Assembly: GCA_964016885.1 (NCBI GenBank)
Contig: OZ024743.1
Location: forward strand, 87,606,001-87,670,000
Direction: 5' to 3'
Source: Eledone cirrhosa
Lineage: Eukaryota
Length of the DNA: 64,000 nt
Shown here: positions 61,896 to 64,000 of the stretch, piece by piece
Layout: each line of letters begins with the position of its first letter
Position numbering within the stretch: position 1 is the stretch's first letter
Program-made: the position numbers and the translations under genes
Notes under the pieces: generated by a model
What the model was told of the DNA's origin: nothing
The model's database searches: none
Seen by the model: the letters and a program-made list of their open reading frames with translations, nothing else

Positions 61896-61969
61896 CACAA
61901 AACTAATCATTGGCGGCGGGAGGAGGGGGGGGGTCGTATTTTTTTAACTGACCCGAATGTCTAATTGTC

Positions 61970-63465
61970 GGAATGGTGGGGGTGGCTGTGGTGGTGGTGT
62001 TAGGGGTACTGTTGCTTGTGGTATTGTTGGCGGTGGCGGTGTGGTGGAGCCTGTGGTTGAGGGGGGGGGGGGGGGGGGGGGGGTATGGTGTGCTGGGTGA
62101 TGTGGCGGTGTAGTGGGGCTTGTGGTTGAGGGAGTGGTGGTGGTGGTGCTTGTGGCTGAGGGAGTGGTGGTGGTGTGGTGGTGTGGCGGTGGTGTAGTGG
62201 AGCTTGTGGTTGAGGGGGTGGTGGTGGTGATGCTTGTGGCTGAGGGAGTGGTGGTGGTGTCGTGGTGTGGCGGTGTGGTGGAGCTTGTGGTTGAGGGGGT
62301 GGTGGTGGTGGGTGGGAATAGTGGGGGGGGGCTTGTGTTTGAGGGAGTGGTGGTGGTGGATATGGTCGGTCGGGGTGGTGGTGGTGGCGTGTTGGTGGTG
62401 TGGTGGTGGTGTGGTGGTGTGGCGGTGGTCTGGTGGTGTTGGTGGGGTGGTGCCTGTGGCTACGGCAGCGGTGGTGTTGGATATGGTGTGTGATGGTGGA
62501 TCGGAGTAGCGGTGGTGGCGATGGTGGTGTGGTGGAGCTTGTGGTTGAGTGAGTGATGGTGGTGTGTGATGGTGGCTGGGGGTGGCGGTGTGGTGGTGTT
62601 GGGTGGGGGTGAGGACCGGGGGGGGGGTATGGTGAGTTGGAGAACTAAATGAAGCGGAAAGAAAGATAGAAGGAAAGAAAGAAGTAAGGAAAAGAAAAGT
62701 GTTGTGAGGTGTTGTGAAGTGTAGTGTGGTAGTTGTCAGGAATTGTGTCAGTAATGGTCTCCCGTAGTGTGTTAGTAGGGGGCAGCACTGGCACAGTCAC
62801 CCTCGACGGGGAAGCCATTAAGGTTGGGAGCTCGTTGCGATGATGTGGGTTTGTTACTGTTCATAGTGGTGGTGGTGGTGGTGGTGGTGGTGGTGGTGGT
62901 GGTGGCGTTGGTGGAGGTTGTGGTGTTGGTGGTGGTGATGATGACGGCGGTGGTCGTGGTTGTGTTGGTGGTGATGATGGGGGTGGGGTGTTGGTGGTGG
63001 TTGTGGTGGTGGTGGTGGTGGTGGTAGTGGTGGTGGAGGTAGTGGTGGTGGTAGTGGTGGTGGTAGTGGTGACGGTGGTAGTAGTGGTGGTGGTAGTGGT
63101 GGTGGTAGTGGTGACGGTGGTGGTGGTGGTAGTGGTGGTGGTAGTGGTGGTCGTCGTGATGATTGTGATGACGTTGTAGGTGATAGTCGTCGTCGTTGTG
63201 ACGGCAACGGTTGTGGTGGCTGTTGAGGTGGTGGTGGTGGAGGTAGTGGTGGTGGTAGTGGTGACGGTGGTAGTAGTGGTGGTGGTAGTGGTGGTGGTAG
63301 TGGTGGTGGTAGTGGTGACGGTGGTGGTGGTGGTGGCAGTGGTGGTGGTAGTGGTGGTCGTCGTGATGATGGTAATGACGTTGTCGGTGATAGTCGTCGT
63401 CGTTGTGACGGCAACGGTTGTGGTGGCTGTTGAGGTGGTGGTGGTGGTGGTGTTTGTGGTAGTGG
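61970..63465. repeat. GGT-rich low-complexity repeats with a ~200 bp internal duplication
   Basis: GTGATAGTCGTCGTCGTTGTGACGGCAACGGTTGTGGTGGCTGTTGAGG occurs at ~63180 and ~63387. Confidence 0.85.
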
Positions 63466-63566
63466 TTAATAATTATGTAAATTGCAACAATCTATCAGAG
63501 ATGGCTGTGTTAATGGTATTAAATGTACACTTAAAATCAAACTAGTTGCTATTGCATAACATACCA

Positions 63567-64000
63567 GTGATAGACATAGAGTGATAGACATAGAGTGGTA
63601 GACATAGAGTGATAGACAGTGGTAGACAGTGATAGACATAGAGTGGTAGACAGTGGTAGACATAGAGTGATAGACATAGAGTGATAGACATAGAGTGATA
63701 GACATAGAGTGGTAGACATAGAGTGATAGACATAGAGTGATAGACATAGAGTGATAGACATAGAGTGATAGACATAGAGTGATAGACATAGAGTGGTAGA
63801 CATAGAGTGGTAGACATAGAGTGATAGACATAGAGTGGTAGACATAGAGTGGTAGACAGTGGTAGACAGTGATAGACATAGAGTGGTAGACAGTGGTAGA
63901 CATAGAGTGATAGACATAGAGTGATAGACATAGAGTGATAGACATAGAGTGGTAGACATAGAGTGGTAGACATAGAGTGGTAGAGATAGAGTGATAGACA
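63567..64000. repeat. 14-bp minisatellite (GTGRTAGACATAGA)n running off the window end
   Basis: Visible tandem units. Confidence 0.95.

Overview
Repeat-dense animal (eukaryotic) DNA, most likely an octopus or other cephalopod (inferred from the dominant tRNA-derived SINE family and the extreme microsatellite load). I found no convincing host gene; nearly all long ORFs are translations of simple repeats. The window holds about 11 copies of one SINE family plus a second SINE-like family, and fragments of RTE, R4/Dong-like and CRE-like non-LTR retrotransposons. One RTE copy has a twin-priming-type 5' inversion. There are also a short non-autonomous Helitron with an expanded sister copy, a Tc1/mariner remnant, a pogo-like MITE, and large mini- and microsatellites, including a ~16 kb (TTAATIPSP)n-coding array with kb-scale higher-order repeats. 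The most notable signal is about 11 fold-back (palindromic) elements from several unrelated sequence families, all embedded in (TA)n tracts. Many carry type I hammerhead-ribozyme motifs, and four families share a bulged stem-loop near the 3' end. One fold-back is demonstrably the 3' end of a Penelope-like (RT + GIY-YIG) element found 2.5 kb away, which points to a multi-family, TA-targeting PLE/ribozyme hairpin system. All family assignments come from motif recognition by eye, not database searches, and coordinates of degenerate elements are approximate.
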